Below, piece by piece: positions 39,201 through 52,469 of a stretch of 64,000 nt of DNA. Origin of the DNA: Phoronis australis (lineage: Eukaryota; Animalia; Phoronida); NCBI GenBank assembly GCA_002633005.1, contig NMRA01000947.1:1-64000 (forward strand). The letters run 5' to 3'. Each line of letters opens with the position of its first letter. Position 1 is the stretch's first letter. The translations under genes were made by a program, and so were the position numbers. Under the pieces are notes generated by a model. It saw only the letters and a list, made by a program, of their open reading frames with translations. It made no database searches and was not told the origin of the DNA.

Positions 39201-42200
39201 GCCTTGTTCCCCTTATTTTGTGCGTACTTGTGTTGCTGTCTTGTAAATAATCATAACTTCAGCTCCTAGATTGCATAGTATGGTAAAACTTGGCATTCAG
39301 CTATTTGCAGTTATACCCAGGAAGATATATTTAGTTCATGGGATTGAACAATAGGCTGCTTAGACTGGTGAACTTCGAATAGGACATAACTGCATTCTTT
39401 GTTTTAACAGGAAGTGATGAGAATTCAACGAGAATTTAAATGTTGTGCTGGGTGTTGCTGGTGTGCCAACACTGACTGTATTGCTTATGAAGTATCAGTA
39501 GAGGCCCCTGTTGGACAAATAATTGGTTATGTGAGACAATCGTAAGTTAACAGTTACTTCATCTGTTTTTAATCATTTTGGGGTTGGAAGGGGTAACTAG
39601 TTTGCATAGTGGCATAGAATTTTGTGATGGTTGTAAATCATGGGTGTTGTTCACTCACAATAGACCATTGGACATGCAAATTAAGTGAAAGCCGTTCTTT
39701 GTGAACCCTGCTTTAGTAATACAGTTGTCCCAGTTGGCCATTGTAATTAAACACAGCTTAACAAAGGGTTTGTGGTCCTCGCTGAGAAGATTATTGTTTT
39801 GTTACCACCAGAAGCTCCCAATGGTAATAGGGTGATAATCATAAACCATAAATTAGAGATAGCTATAGTTGATATTATATCTATCACAGTCATGGGGTTG
39901 AGTATTGTTCAAAGTTTATCTCGTTAGCTTCAAGGTTAACACTTGCCACTAGGTGTCGCACGAGCTTGAGAAGATCAGCTATGGCTAACCAAACATAACT
40001 CAAGTTTGTTTGTCAAGCAAGTTCAGAGATATGTAATTTTTAGCCATAATATGCTTCACACTTCTTGAGTGATAATCTCCATGCATTACCTACATTCACA
40101 AAAAACAAATGTGTTTTAAAGCACATTTCTGTATTAAGCACTCACAGATTTTCACATGTGCCTCTGCAGCCACTCGAATGTTCAGTTTGGCGTTTTATGT
40201 ACATACATGTATGTCCTAATGTTCATGTGTTGATGTATAACTTAGTTAGGACCTAAAACGACCTCAACTTTAAGTTATATATCGAAAATCTTAATGCTTT
40301 GTCTACCAGTAAAACTATTCTTTGAAAGGAGAAAGATCCAGGATTCAAAAATATGCTTCTCACTACTGTGTCTTTATTATTGATGCGTGACCACATTTCT
40401 AAGTTATATTTTGATGTGCAAAAAATGTACATTCATAGCAAAGCAACCCCCAGTCAATTTTACTGAAACTTTTTAAATGAAAACTTTACGTTATGTCTCA
40501 AAAGCGCTGTTAGGAATTGTCGATTATTCACTTAGTTCGGGTTTTAGGCCGCCTTAACTCGCAAAACACAAGGTATTTTTGTAAAAAAAACAGCAGTTTT
40601 ATTCGTATATCGTTTGGTATGTGAAAACTAGACATTTCAAAACAAATGATCATGTAATTAGCGGCTCACAAAAATTTGACTTGAAAAACGTGGTCATGTG
40701 ACAATGATAAAGACAGAGTAGTAAGAAGCATATTTAATATTTTTTAGAATTCTCGATCTTTTTCCTTTCAGACAATATACTTTTAGTGTGGTTGACAAAG
40801 CATAGTGTTTTTGATATTTGACTTAGAGTTGAAGTCTTTTCTTAAGGTTCAAGATAACCTTGTTAATTATAAGCTCAGGTCACACTGTGTCACACTCTAC
40901 AACGTACATGTAAAGGCAAGTAAAACCAATGAAAATTATAAGTTTTTGCTTCATGCCAAGGCAATACCACTAGGTTTTTATTGTTGATGGTTATTAGATC
41001 TCGTTTTTTGATTTCTTAAACCTACAGAGGTTCAAACAGTGACCATGTGTGACATGTCAAACACGTAAGTTGACTCATTGAAATTTTCGGATGTTTTCCA
41101 GACAAAGTGCGTGGAAGCCAAAGTACACAGTGAAGGATGCACTTGGTAATGATGTGTTTGATATCCAAGGGCCATGCTGTCCTTGTCAGACTATCTGCTG
41201 TACCAGCGATGTTGACTTCAGGGTAGGTGGGTTGTAATGCTATTGATTATCCACTAGATGTGTACAGAGAAGACGTGGTACTGTGTGCCATGAGATTTTG
41301 AAATCAAAAATCTCAAGTGGTAGTGAATTGAAATGTAATTGTGTTGTAATGAAATTTCAGCATTATCTTCCTTATTTTGGTTAAACGCTGTAAGGGCTTG
41401 TTCTCATAAATGGTGTGCAAATTGTGCAGTGTTTTCAAAATTAACCAGACCATAACAATTATGTGTAAAGGTTATATGTAGAACTTAAAAAAAATGGCCA
41501 AATTTGCCTAATTTCTGAACATCATATCTCACAAATGGCAAATGAAATTCATATAAAACTTCCAGGTACTATGCTTTATGCTCTGTCCAAAACGTTATGA
41601 GGAATTGTTTTTGATAGAAATTTCGAAGGGCTATCAAAAATAGGACTGATCTTGCATGTAGTTGAAACAACTTGAAAATGAGATCTTAAAAGAAATGAAG
41701 CAGCGTTTTGAGGTCTCATCTTGAACAGTTGTGTTAACTAAATTTGATGAATCGTATTTCAGCTATGCTTCCTATGTACCTTAGTTTTCTTTATTGCTAA
41801 ATTTTAGTAAAAAGAGATGGTCCTGCGACCTGATTAGTGTCAGACTGGTAGAAAATTAAAGAATCAAATTCTTAGGCTTTCTGCTTCCAGAAAATATATC
41901 GTAACACCATTTGATCGTGATGGACCGCCCCGCTCACTTGGGGCAATCAAAATTCCTCAGCAAACCAAAAGTCTTAGACATGCAAATCACGCCAATAACT
42001 GAATATCAGCTGATGGCGTTGAAATAAGAAATTTGATAATGTTATTGAAGTCATTGTTTTGCTATCCATGTACCTTAAGTTTATTTTTGCTGAATTTTAC
42101 TAAAATTAACATGGTCACATGACCTACTTAATAGCAAAGTGGAATAAGTCAACACTCAAATTCTACAAGCTTTTTAATTTCAGAATGAGTTAAAATCAAT

Positions 42201-45097
42201 ACTTTTCTTCTAGATATTATAGTGAATACATAGACATGACGATAAGGTCTTACATAACTTTAAAGGTAAGTGTAAGTATTTGGCTAAATAACCAGACTTG
42301 TCAGTAGGATTGTACTATTAGACTTCAGCATTCTTTGTTCTCAGCTGGTGACACCAGAAGGACGAAATGAAATTGGAAAGGTGACGAAGCAATGGACAGG
42401 CTGGGTCAGAGAGATGTTCACTAGGGCTGACAACTTTGGTGTGCAATGTAAGTAAACACGCACTTGTCACCTGTAAAACACGAGACATTTATTTTGAGGA
42501 GAGCTGATAACTCTCAATAATGTATGGGATTTTAGCCATGCTTTCTAATTCTAAGTTGTCACTCTCTATAAGTTGCTAAGTGTTTGCTTTCTTGGACTCG
42601 AAACTTTTAGCCATTTTCTCTTCGTGAACTATTGCATTTGAATTAAACCTTGTTCTGGCCTCCTTCAAAGGAAACATGGCACTGAAGATTGGCAGAACCC
42701 GTGATCTCTTGCCTTCTCACAAGGTCTCGTCTGATTAGCCACTCACACAAACCCTGCTCTCCAGCATACGACTCTTTGAACCGAACTCCAACTTGTTTGC
42801 TAAGTGATGGCAATCTTCAGTGCCATCTTTTCTTTGAAGGAGGCATGTTGCCTCCAAGGTGATAGGAATTTAATTTTGTACGTAGTCCAGCAGACCGGAT
42901 TTAATTCGAATACAATGAATTTTCCTGGATGGATCAGAAATAATATTTTATTTTTTATGGACTATTGTCACTCTTGATCCAAGTGAATGCTTACGTTGAC
43001 TGTTGAACCTAACAACATGGTTCAATCACGCTCCAGAGTTGGGTTAGTGTAGTTGCAAGATGACATCCTATGCGCAGTTGCAAGTAAATTGAATGATTGT
43101 GTTGATAAATGTATCATTTCCTAAAAGTAATCAATAAATTGTACCATGAAGGCACGAAATGTGCTTTTACAAAAATAAAGATACAGGTCTCAACTGCTAA
43201 TTGAGTCTGCGTTTTCTAGTGCCAAATATATTTTGAGGATGCATGTAATATAGGGTACAGTCACTAAAAATGCTCTGAAATCATTATTTATTGGTGGGTT
43301 GTCAGGAAACTTTCAGGGCAAAGTTGTACAAACGTATTCTAAAATTGTGACATCATGAGGCAGGTATTTGTCAGTTAGATTGTTCAAGATTTCAGGGGAA
43401 ATCATTAGAAAATCTTTTGGTTGAAATTCTGTCGAGCGGTACATACCATGTACATGTACTGCATCATGTCTGCCATTTCAAATCCAGGTCCTGAATCAGA
43501 ATGGTTTTGAATTTGAGTCAGTTAGGACTGAAATTCAAAATAGTTTAGAGGCCTGAGCATCATGAATCGTAATTTGACAGATATTAGACTATCGACAAAA
43601 ATCTCTTCAAAATATCCAATTGATGAAAACTCAGAAAACTGACTTTTGTTTGGAATTTATAATATGTTGATGGACCAGGCCGCGTGTTCACTTGCTTGCA
43701 TATCAACACGTCTTAAAAAAGTCTGTGTTATAGCATTTAATATTGAGGATGATTCCCTTTTCAGTTCCCGCGGATCTTGATGTGAAAATGAAAGCCACAC
43801 TGCTAGGTGCTGTGCTTCTAATTGTAAGTTTTGGACTGCTTTATAACATATCAATTGGGGATAAAAGCAGTGTTACAGACTCAAACCTCAAATTAGTGAT
43901 TTAATGGTGTTCGACATGTATTTAATACATTGCTGAATTTTGTTTGATTTTCATGTTTTGGATTTTCCTCTTTGCCTGTTAAAAATCTTTAAAAATGTGG
44001 GGTCTCCGAAATAGTTTTTGACTTTATGACTTTCTAAAGAAAGGCACCTTGAAATTATTGGCTTTGTGAAAAGTCACCGCTATTAGTGGTTGAAATCCTT
44101 CTGAAATGGATTAATTTCGGTGTAAACGGTCAGTTTTAAGTTTTGAAAACTCTAAATATCCTGCTTTACTGATTTTCATATATCCATACTAGTAACGATT
44201 TTTTTTCTGGATTTTGAAAACCCCAAATCTTATTGTTATGGCTTTTACACTAAAATTTGCATGGCTACTTTTTTCTTTAACGACTTGTTTTGTTTTGATA
44301 ACCATTGTGTGTGTGTGTGTGAAATAAAAAATTGGTGAGTCACCGACTTGGTTTTTGAGGTACTTTTGCCCTAAGACGGTTACATGCGAATGCTCAATTT
44401 CAATAACCTTCTCAAAAGTGCGCCAATTTTAAAATCACTATTACCCACTGCATAGCTGGTGATTATTTTATGTAGTTGGCATTGTGATATGAGTTTAGTT
44501 GACGATAATCTTGGAAAAACAGTTTCTTCCATAATAAATTCAAAATAACCATCTGCATTACATCACGCCTAATGTCTACACTTGGGTTTGTCTATTATTC
44601 AGTATGACCTGAGTAATTCTGAGTCCTAGGTATGAAGTCGTTGCAAAATTTGATATCGAATGCTTTTATTAAAAAATCAACATTTTTTGAACAGGACTAG
44701 CTGTTTTTGAAACAAAAAATATATTCAAAGTTTTTATAAGTTAGTAAATGTTGACTTCGTAAAACAATGACTAATTACCTAATTAGTAAATTGTCAAACC
44801 ACCTCAAAAGATGAACGCAAAGGTCTCGGGTATAACGGTACAATGCAGCTAAGTGAAACTTGATTTGTAACAATTATTTAGAAGTATTCCAATAGTTCTA
44901 AACAGATGGGCAGACTTTTCCATTTTATATATGGAGGCAAGAAGATGGTTTCTTCTAACCCATATTTGGTAATCAGATGTTTTGAGGTAAATGTTGTATT
45001 ATTATGTATGTCTTAGCAGATCAGGTTACCATATTCAGCTAAACCTTTGTGTCCGTAGGACTTCATGTACTTTGAACGGAGAAAGAAGAAGCGATAA
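30164..45097 (+). CDS. PLSCR: Phospholipid scramblase family gene, copy 1: join(30164-30221,31877-31990,34956-35033,37528-37604,39411-39541,41102-41222,42345-42447,43765-43823,45059-45097), 259 aa
   Basis: 780-nt spliced ORF, all introns GT-AG with matching phases; motifs [64 protein letters not shown]. Confidence 0.95.
31526..31717 (-). mobile_element. SINE/LINE-tail-like dispersed repeat (second copy ~53296-53490)
   Basis: Two similar ~190-bp copies at non-equivalent positions; A-rich tail on the minus strand; internal hairpin tcccaac...gttggga. Confidence 0.55.
31877..31990 (+). CDS. PLSCR: Scramblase copy 1 exon 2 ([37 protein letters not shown])
   Basis: cacag| ... |gtaaag; CPPGLEYL motif. 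Confidence 0.95.
32310..34414. mobile_element. Non-autonomous TIR element with ttcaattgaa subterminal arrays (CACTA-like), in intron 2
   Basis: 29-bp inverted match aattgagattcaattgaaattcaattgaa near both ends; absent from the equivalent intron of copy 2; left boundary approximate. Confidence 0.6.
34462..34698. mobile_element. MITE catgcgcgcacc...ggtgcgcccatg with 5-bp TSD catat (hAT5-like); relatives end near 20260 and 48960
   Basis: TIRs present; catat at 34457-34461 and 34699-34703. Confidence 0.75.
34956..35033 (+). CDS. PLSCR: Scramblase copy 1 exon 3 ([26 protein letters not shown])
   Basis: tttcag| ... |gtacgt; family motif. Confidence 0.95.
35095..36441 (+). mobile_element. Helentron-associated non-autonomous repeat (HINE/DINE-1-like) with internal tandem repeats
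   Basis: Starts ttttatacgccc; gtcc microsatellite; degenerate internal tandem units; ends with a short hairpin and gttgctcttgttt; relatives at ~48960-49436 and 63163-64000. Confidence 0.65.
36813..37020. mobile_element. Degenerate hAT5-like MITE
   Basis: cagtaccaaatctagg ... tgaatccgccactg; flanks gaatt / gaaat. Confidence 0.5.
37528..37604 (+). CDS. PLSCR: Scramblase copy 1 exon 4 ([26 protein letters not shown])
   Basis: tgcag| ... |gtgagt. Confidence 0.95.
39411..39541 (+). CDS. PLSCR: Scramblase copy 1 exon 5 ([43 protein letters not shown])
   Basis: aacag| ... |gtaagt; Cys-rich palmitoylation-type motif. Confidence 0.95.
40250..40850. mobile_element. Fold-back element with long imperfect TIRs (~150 bp), in intron 5
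   Basis: atgctttgtctacca...aaatatgcttctcactactgtgtctttatt is mirrored by gataaagacagagtagtaagaagcatattt...tggttgacaaagcat. Confidence 0.65.
41102..41222 (+). CDS. PLSCR: Scramblase copy 1 exon 6 ([40 protein letters not shown])
   Basis: ttccag| ... |gtaggt. Confidence 0.95.
42345..42447 (+). CDS. PLSCR: Scramblase copy 1 exon 7 ([34 protein letters not shown])
   Basis: tctcag| ... |gtaagt. Confidence 0.95.
42658..42844. mobile_element. ~190-bp MITE with 34-bp TIRs, in intron 7
   Basis: gcctccttcaaaggaaacatggcactgaagattg versus caatcttcagtgccatcttttctttgaaggaggc (2 mismatches). Confidence 0.75.
43765..43823 (+). CDS. PLSCR: Scramblase copy 1 exon 8 ([20 protein letters not shown])
   Basis: tttcag| ... 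|gtaagt. Confidence 0.95.
45059..45097 (+). CDS. PLSCR: Scramblase copy 1 terminal coding exon 9 ([12 protein letters not shown])
   Basis: ccgtag| acceptor; DFMxFE terminal motif; TAA. Confidence 0.92.
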   Translation, partial: DFMYFERRKKKR

Positions 45098-46243
45098 AGA
45101 TGCAAGCAGAAACGTGTGATGTACAGCCACGATTTTCACTCTTGGACCAACAATTTAATGGAGCACCACAATGACTATGATCGCAGTTGGCGAGATTCAA
45201 AGTGCCATTCGTGTAACAGATTGCCTTGGGACACCAGTCATGCACATTATGTGGGTTTTTTCATACTTTTGATCGAAATGATCCATACTTAAAATGTGGC
45301 CATATAAATTTTACTTTTAAAAGGATAGTAAATCACAGGAGTATTTTAAAAGAATACTTGTAACCTGCAAGTTTGTGAATAACTAATGAGGCATCTTAAA
45401 TCAGCAAGCATAATGTTTAAGGCAGGTTACTAGTCATGTAGTTACTAGTTATGTAGTTACTAGTTATGTAGAAAGACCATCCGCCTCGGTCACTATCCAT
45501 TTTGACAGGGAGTAAGGGTTAATTAGTACTAGTACAAATTCATTGTTATGCTTAAAAACAAGAACCTTGTGACCAAACTACAGTCATTATGGTTCTGCAT
45601 GTTTGGAACGGGGGCGCACTTTCACGTTTGTGTTGTTAAGATCGTGCTAAAATGGAGCACTGTGTCCAAAACAACAACGCATAACGATCATTTTTTCCAG
45701 CGCTAGTAGAATGTACAGTGCAAGTAGTGAATTGCCATGTTACACAGGTGTTTCTAAAAGGGATTGTACATAGCCAGTAACATAATTAGTTTTGTGTGAA
45801 ATCACCAGTGCAAGATAAAGAATCCTTTTAATGTTGCCAAAACTAGAAGTCCAGTGAAACTTTGGTCATTATTTCAATGTGACCTTTTCTGTGATATCTT
45901 CTGATTATGAGTACTATTATCTGTTAGTTGTAGCAATGTGGTGACCCGTGGTGATACATGTACATGTATGTGTGTTAGGTGTTACTTGAAGTGACCAGTA
46001 ACTTAAAGGAGCTGGTCTTAAGTAATAATGACAAGTAACTTCTCACGACTAGACGTCGCCTAGAGTAAGGAACAGGATGCTATCGATTTTATCATATAGA
46101 GTGGCCTAAATTAAAATTCGTTTTCTGAAGTTTTGTTTTCTGTGGGATGGTTTTTTTGAATGTTTGTTTTCTGTTACGTCAGCCACACCTGTTGAAGAAA
46201 AGTAAACTTACACCCTTCAGGCGCTCCGCGAACTCTTACTTTG

Positions 46244-46489
46244 CAGACTGAGGTGGATCTAAGGGGGGGGCTCAGGGGATCCCCCGGGGCCCTTATGGGA
46301 CAGGATCACAAATCAAAATTAAAAAAAAAACATCGCCAGGAAAACGAAATCAGCTACAAAAACCAAAAATATCGTACACGGGAAGGGGAAACCCACTCCC
46401 CAAACCTCCCCCGCGCGGCGCCCGGGCCTCGGATTCTCACGAATCCTAACCCTTGCCCCCCTTATACTGAAAATGTAGATCTGTCACTG
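46244..46489. mobile_element. hAT5-like MITE with 5-bp TSD ctttg
   Basis: cagactgaggtggatct ... agatctgtcactg; ctttg at 46239-46243 and 46490-46494. Confidence 0.7.
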
Positions 46490-47779
46490 CTTTGATTTGA
46501 ATTGTTGTAAATTTGGTGGAAGACATGACACTGTTTGAAAATTAGAGAGTGTACGTTTTACCAATGACCACCAGTTCATGAAGAAAACGTCTGAGCAAAA
46601 ATGAGTGCTGTAGGCGCAACCAACCACCTTTTTGTCTTTTAACATAGCGCCTACCCACTGTAGGGCGGGGCGTAAGCACACATAGTTGCAGCCAACCACC
46701 TTTTTACATTTTATCGTAGCAACCACTTTTTTACATTTTAACTTAGTGTCTACGTACCGTAAGTGACGGTGTTGTGGTTATAGTCTCGATACCATAGCTT
46801 ACGGCATCAATGCGCTACGCTGACGACAGCATTGTTGCCGAACATTTCGCGGACGCGCGCAACCACCAGACATATATGTTTGCTTACCGAGTAATGGAAT
46901 TTTTTAATTAATATTTCAAGATAAATAAACAGACACCCGACGGGCAACTAAAAGTCGCAGCCAGCATATCTTTTCTAGGCGTTACGCTCCGAGACCGCTT
47001 GGAATGCACATGGACCTTTGCCTTCGAATACATTATATGTGTGGATGGACCCTCTTTCTCCGACATCCAAAATCCGCCTCTACAGACTCTATGTAAATAC
47101 CCTCTCGCCCTACATTTTGTGAGTCAGGTTTTGCGAGTTCAATGTGCTTTTAAAATTCAGCGCTCGAGGCGATACGATGGGCTTTGGGCACCTACTTACC
47201 TCAAATTTTACCACCACAGCACTTCTCATGAGCGCTGAGAAAACTATAAAGTGCGATTAGAATGAAATACTTTTACATTGGGTACTTTTTCCTGAATCAC
47301 TGATAGACGGATTTTTAATTTTCGTTTCTCAAATTGACGCCATTACATGAACCCACTCTGACTGCGACACGACGTTGGACCGACGTCGGACTCCGCACCC
47401 CACGGTTTCTGCCAGCGCGTCGTACCCGCGTCGCCGGGCCCAACGTCAAGTGCCCGATACTGGCGTCCCGGGGCCGCGCTCGACGTCACTAAACAGTACT
47501 CGAGAAGGTCAAATAGTTTGACTAATACTATCGCGATGGAGCGTCGAATTTAATTGGAAGTGCAAAATAGGCGTTTAAAGGCAGTATCTCGAAAGTGACG
47601 CACCAACGTCACAAATCCGACCGCCGACCTACAGACCTTGAGCCGACGAGGTGACATCGGCTCGACGTGGTGATGCTATCTGGGTGAACAAAAAGTTCAT
47701 TTTCATTGAAATCTAAGATTTGTCTCAACTTCCAGACTTTCAATATAGGGTAAGCTAGTCAAACTTAAAGATACTATTT

Positions 47780-48600
47780 CTTTACTTCCACCTGCCTCTT
47801 TGTGATCAAATCATTTTACAAAATGGCATAACACTTAATAATGAGTCACAAAATTATAAAGATTTTGCCAAGAATGGGCTATGTTTTATCAATGATTTTT
47901 TTGATGCTGAAAATAAGTTTTTATCGTGGGAGGTGCTCAAGCCAAACTATAAATTAAAAGATTTTCAAATTCTGAGTTTTAATTCAAAATGTATTTTCTA
48001 GGAAAAAGTAATGAAGGTCATTAGCGATTGGTTGGCTGCAGCAATAAAATTTGCTTAGATTACAATAAAATTGCAAAAGAAAAAAGTCAAAAGTATTTTG
48101 TTACAGAAGTATTGCAAAAATAGACAATTATGAAAATTTGTTGCAGCTTTACTCAAAACAAGATATCAAATTCCATGTCTTTTACACTTCCCTTCAATCC
48201 ATGCATTAAATCTTTTAAGTAAATGTTGTTGCGTAACGGAATGTCTACTAATTATTTGTTATATAAGATGAAGATTGTTAATTCAGATAAATGTTCCTAC
48301 TGCAATCTAGTGCTGAATACTGAACATATGTTTTTCCATTGTGAGATAGTGCAAAGATTGTTGATTAATGTTCAATATATTTTGACACACTCCCAATAAC
48401 CAAGAATGAATTCGAGTCATGTTTTGCCATTTGAGTTCTCCCTAATTCTCCCTGTTGATTATGTTATCACTGTCGGCCAATATTTTATTGATATAGGTCT
48501 GCCTTTAAGTTATTCACGTCGAAATATGTTAAAATTACAATATTTTATTTTCAAAAACAAAAAGAACCGGACAACATTAACATTACAATGTGGGAGAGCC
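47780..48600 (+). mobile_element. Decayed L1/Tx1-type LINE ORF2 3' region with CCHC zinc finger (zf-RVT-like)
   Basis: From ~48224: TNYLLYKMKIVNSDKCSYCNLVLNTEHMFFHCEIV; upstream WHN and INDFFDAENKFLSW motifs; boundaries approximate. Confidence 0.7.
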
Positions 48601-50819
48601 TCAGTGCTGCCATGCAATGAATCTGTTACATACTTAAATCATGTATAGTTTAGTGGTATTTCCATTAAATGATGTGTGTGTGTGTGTGTGTGTGTGTNAA
48701 ATTGCCTTTAAAGGGGTTATGACGGACGTACGCAGAGAATTGGAATTTTTAAACAAAAAAATAACATTAATTTTCTGTGAGTTGCATACAGTTACATTTT
48801 TTTGTTTTATATCGTGATTTATCGGAACGTTTGTAGAGTACAACATACTGTTTTTGATATCTGGTGCTCTTTTTTTTAGTCCGCCGGTTCTTTTGTTAGC
48901 AAAAGGACCACAACGCCAGGAATTCGAGCCCCTCCAAATTGAAGGCTGTGTGCGCGCATGCCAATCATTTATATGTGGTCGCATACAGCCGTCATCTCTG
49001 TCCGGCGTCCGCAGCTGTATCTCCTAAAACTCTCACAGGATCTTGATGAGATTTAGCAAATGTGTTGCTATGAAATTGACGGCGGATAAAGACCAATTTC
49101 GGACCTGTCCGACTACCGGTGTGCCCCCTAGCGGCGATTTTAATTTTTTACGCTCACTTAGGCCTCTGTATTTTTGGAGGTCCTCAACGGAAAAATGGCA
49201 GTTAGGCATCTATTAGTAAGATGATGCCATCCTCCATTTTCGAACGGAGAAGTTCCGTGACGCATTTTTATGAAATTTGATAAATAGCTTTGATGACACC
49301 TGCCAGTTTTCGGATGGATTTGACGTATTTTGCGTCATTTAGTGGCCATTTGTATGTTCCAAATAAACACCTCTAGAAATACACTGTTTGCGGTGCATTC
49401 GTGAGTGTTTTTCAACGCTCGCGTTGCTCTTGTTTCTATTATCAGAGAACTTTCCAGCATATATTGGTTCCACTCCCAGTTGCTTCTGGTCTCCAACAAT
49501 TACCTCTTTTGTTTCTAAATAGTGGTTCAATCTTCTCGAAACTCAGCAGAGAAAGACTTAATCTTTCTTGAAAAGATTGCGAGATCAAGGTTCTTGTTTT
49601 GCCAAAAATATGCACGCCCTGACTTCAAACGCTACAATTGGCCTTTCACATTGAACGATAGTTTATAAAGCGACAACCAATTCGCTGTGCTACATTTTCG
49701 GTCCATTTTATTCATTGATATTGACTCCCATCTCAAACGTTGAGACTTTCCTGCGGTGATCGGCGTGCAGTTAGTTGCGTCGGCCACCTAAATGGTTCGT
49801 TCGCCTTGTGTAAATTGCCTTTCTCTTCAAATGAAGAACCGTAGTGATAAAAATGACAGATTTTGTCGTGTCAAGCAGCGACATATTCGTTGTGTTAGTT
49901 TTGTCGGTCGTTCTTTGTTTGATATTTTGCCCGCCGTACCTCATCAATAGCTTAGAAATTCCTGTCGGTCTAGTATGCTGTTGTTTGTGTCGATCACATG
50001 AGAAATTTAGTAAAAATACAAATCGACTAGTTGACCTGTACTCACGGTTGTTTTAGAATCTAAATCCAATGCATACTATTCCCGTGGCAAGCTAAAAACA
50101 GGTGACTTCCGACGCAATTTCAACTTAAAAATTGAATTCGCCGGTGTCGTAGCGTTTGCTCATATGGGCGGGACTGGGGGGTATAGCCCTCCCACTTTTT
50201 TCACTGAGTGCTCCGGCCCCCATGATCTATGGGCAGTACCCCAAAGGGGGCTGTGGGGCTATAGCCCTGCCCCGTTTAGCAGTGCTGCGCCGCTGAAACC
50301 AAGAAAGAAATCTGGTGGAAATAAAACGGTAAATCATTTGGAATTTCACGCAACTGCAAGAAATAACGTCGGCTTAATTTGAATTATACCATGTTGGCAA
50401 TTTTATTGATTTATTATAAATTTTGCACCCCAACAACAATTAAACATCGCCTACGAGACGGTCCGTAGTGTGCTCCGTGACAGTTGACCGGTTCCCCCTT
50501 CGAATCAGTTTCACATTAATTGGTTTCCTCTGATTCGGACGTATACGGCACTAATCCATCCAAAAGTCATTTCTACATTTTCGTAATCTTCAGTTTCGCC
50601 CTATTTCATTAACTCTTCCGTCTCTACACTGTCTTCAAATTCCCAGTTACTGTCGTTGCTGCTTTCGCTGTTGTAGTTAGAACGTCAGTCCATCGCGAGG
50701 TATTAGGATTGTCTGACCCAGGTGCGAAAAGACTCGTGTCTTGTCTTTTGTTATGCTGCACGTGAGCCATTCGTTCGTAAGATGATGTTTAACACCACCT
50801 TACGCCCCGACTTAATAAT

Positions 50820-51202
50820 TGTCACGGAGCGGCTATATACAGATTAGTTCCCTGGTACGACAAATCTCCATTGATCTAAGTTGCCAGTCTGTTCCGCATC
50901 GCACGCAAGGACCCTGTACATGTACCTTGATTGGTTCACCGTACCCTGATGTCTTTGTGGATAAACCTTTGATGAGATTGAGTAAGTGGCCCCGGCCCAC
51001 CGCACCGCGCTACTGACTTCTTGACGTCACGCTACGACATTGTGCCGGACTTCAATATTCTGTGCAAGTGGGACTGTCCAGTTCTGTGTCGCTGTATTTA
51101 ATTAAACAATTTTGTTGTCTCTAATAGACCGTTTGTGATTTGGAAATTCCGAGATTTGAAATCTGCCGCAGCCGTCACCGAATGGTGAGTTTTCTTGTGA
51201 CA
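50820..51202. mobile_element. Possible LTR-like segment
   Basis: tgtcac...gtgaca inverted termini and ATTAAA ~100 bp before the end; no TSD found. Confidence 0.25.
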
Positions 51203-52469
51203 CGGGACTGACGTCTGGCTTGGAATCACAAAGATTATGTCATTTGCAGTCGATTAGTACGAGCGCCACTTATTTTTTTCCGCGCTAAGGCTTTCCTGAT
51301 GGGGTCGTACGATAGTAATTAGCATAATCAGATAACGTCAGGACTAGAGGAAGACATGACACACTTTTTACGAATACGTATATTTAACATGTTCAAAAGT
51401 CCGCATTTGACCATTTTACAGCTGTCTTTATGTTTCATGTTTAGAAATCAGATTTCTGAAAAAATGCCTATATGATTTTTTCTATAGGAATTCCCATAGG
51501 AAATCTTGACCCTATACCGTTATAGGATCCTATAGCCGGGAATTCCTATCCTATTTAATATTTTCGTATGGGCAGCCTAAAATGTAGGGATGCAGGGGCT
51601 CGAACTTTTGGGTTTGTGGACATTATTAGGCCTACTAAAAATGTAATGTAGGAGTGTAAAAATGCTATTTTTGCCAGAATTTGTTTAACCTACTTTTGGA
51701 CCTTGAGATCACTTGAGGGCACGAAATGACCCAGTTATTGATGCCGATGTTTGCTTTAGTCATGTGATAGTTGAAGGGACGACAGAGTTGCCATCGATTG
51801 AAAATTGATTCTACATGAAAAAAGCAGTGTCACCGTTTCATTCTACACTGTACGTATTTCGAATATCTGTACGTTTGTGCATGGTGCTTATTCAACTAAT
51901 ACCTCGCTTGGATTGAGTGTGATTTTCGGATTAAGGCGCAGGTTTGTATCAAACAGGGTGTAGACTAAACATGCGACCACTGCTGGCTGCGCCAGCACAG
52001 ACACGGATAGTCATTGGCTATATAGATATAACTGCAAAATTTGGAGTTAATTATCTCTCTCTATAGAGGAACAGTCGATAGAATACCTAGCCTATAAAGT
52101 ATATTGTTCCAAGTTGCGCAGTTATTATGTTACTTAATTACTTAATAGCAATATCGCGCAAGCGCATTGCAGCTGGGAAACCGATCCAAATTTCAGTTAT
52201 TTCACTTCCTTAATTGCGAAATTGCGTGCACACCTTATAGGATAAACTACTACGGACCTAAATTTTGCAGTAATGTCAATACTTTGCGAAATCGTACTCA
52301 CACCCTATAATTATTCCTACCCAAGTTTCGTAGTTATATCACTTAAAAATTGCAAAATCGCGCACACACCCTATAAGGATACGGATCCAAACTTCGCAGT
52401 TGTGTCACTTAACTGTGAAATCGCGTGCACACACACCCTGTAGAAATACCTTAAATTTCGCAGTTACAT

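Noticed and set aside
47352-47684. CpG-rich patch as a promoter island
   Set aside because: Has ccc...ggg ends and gacgtc repeats, more like a MITE; no adjacent exon
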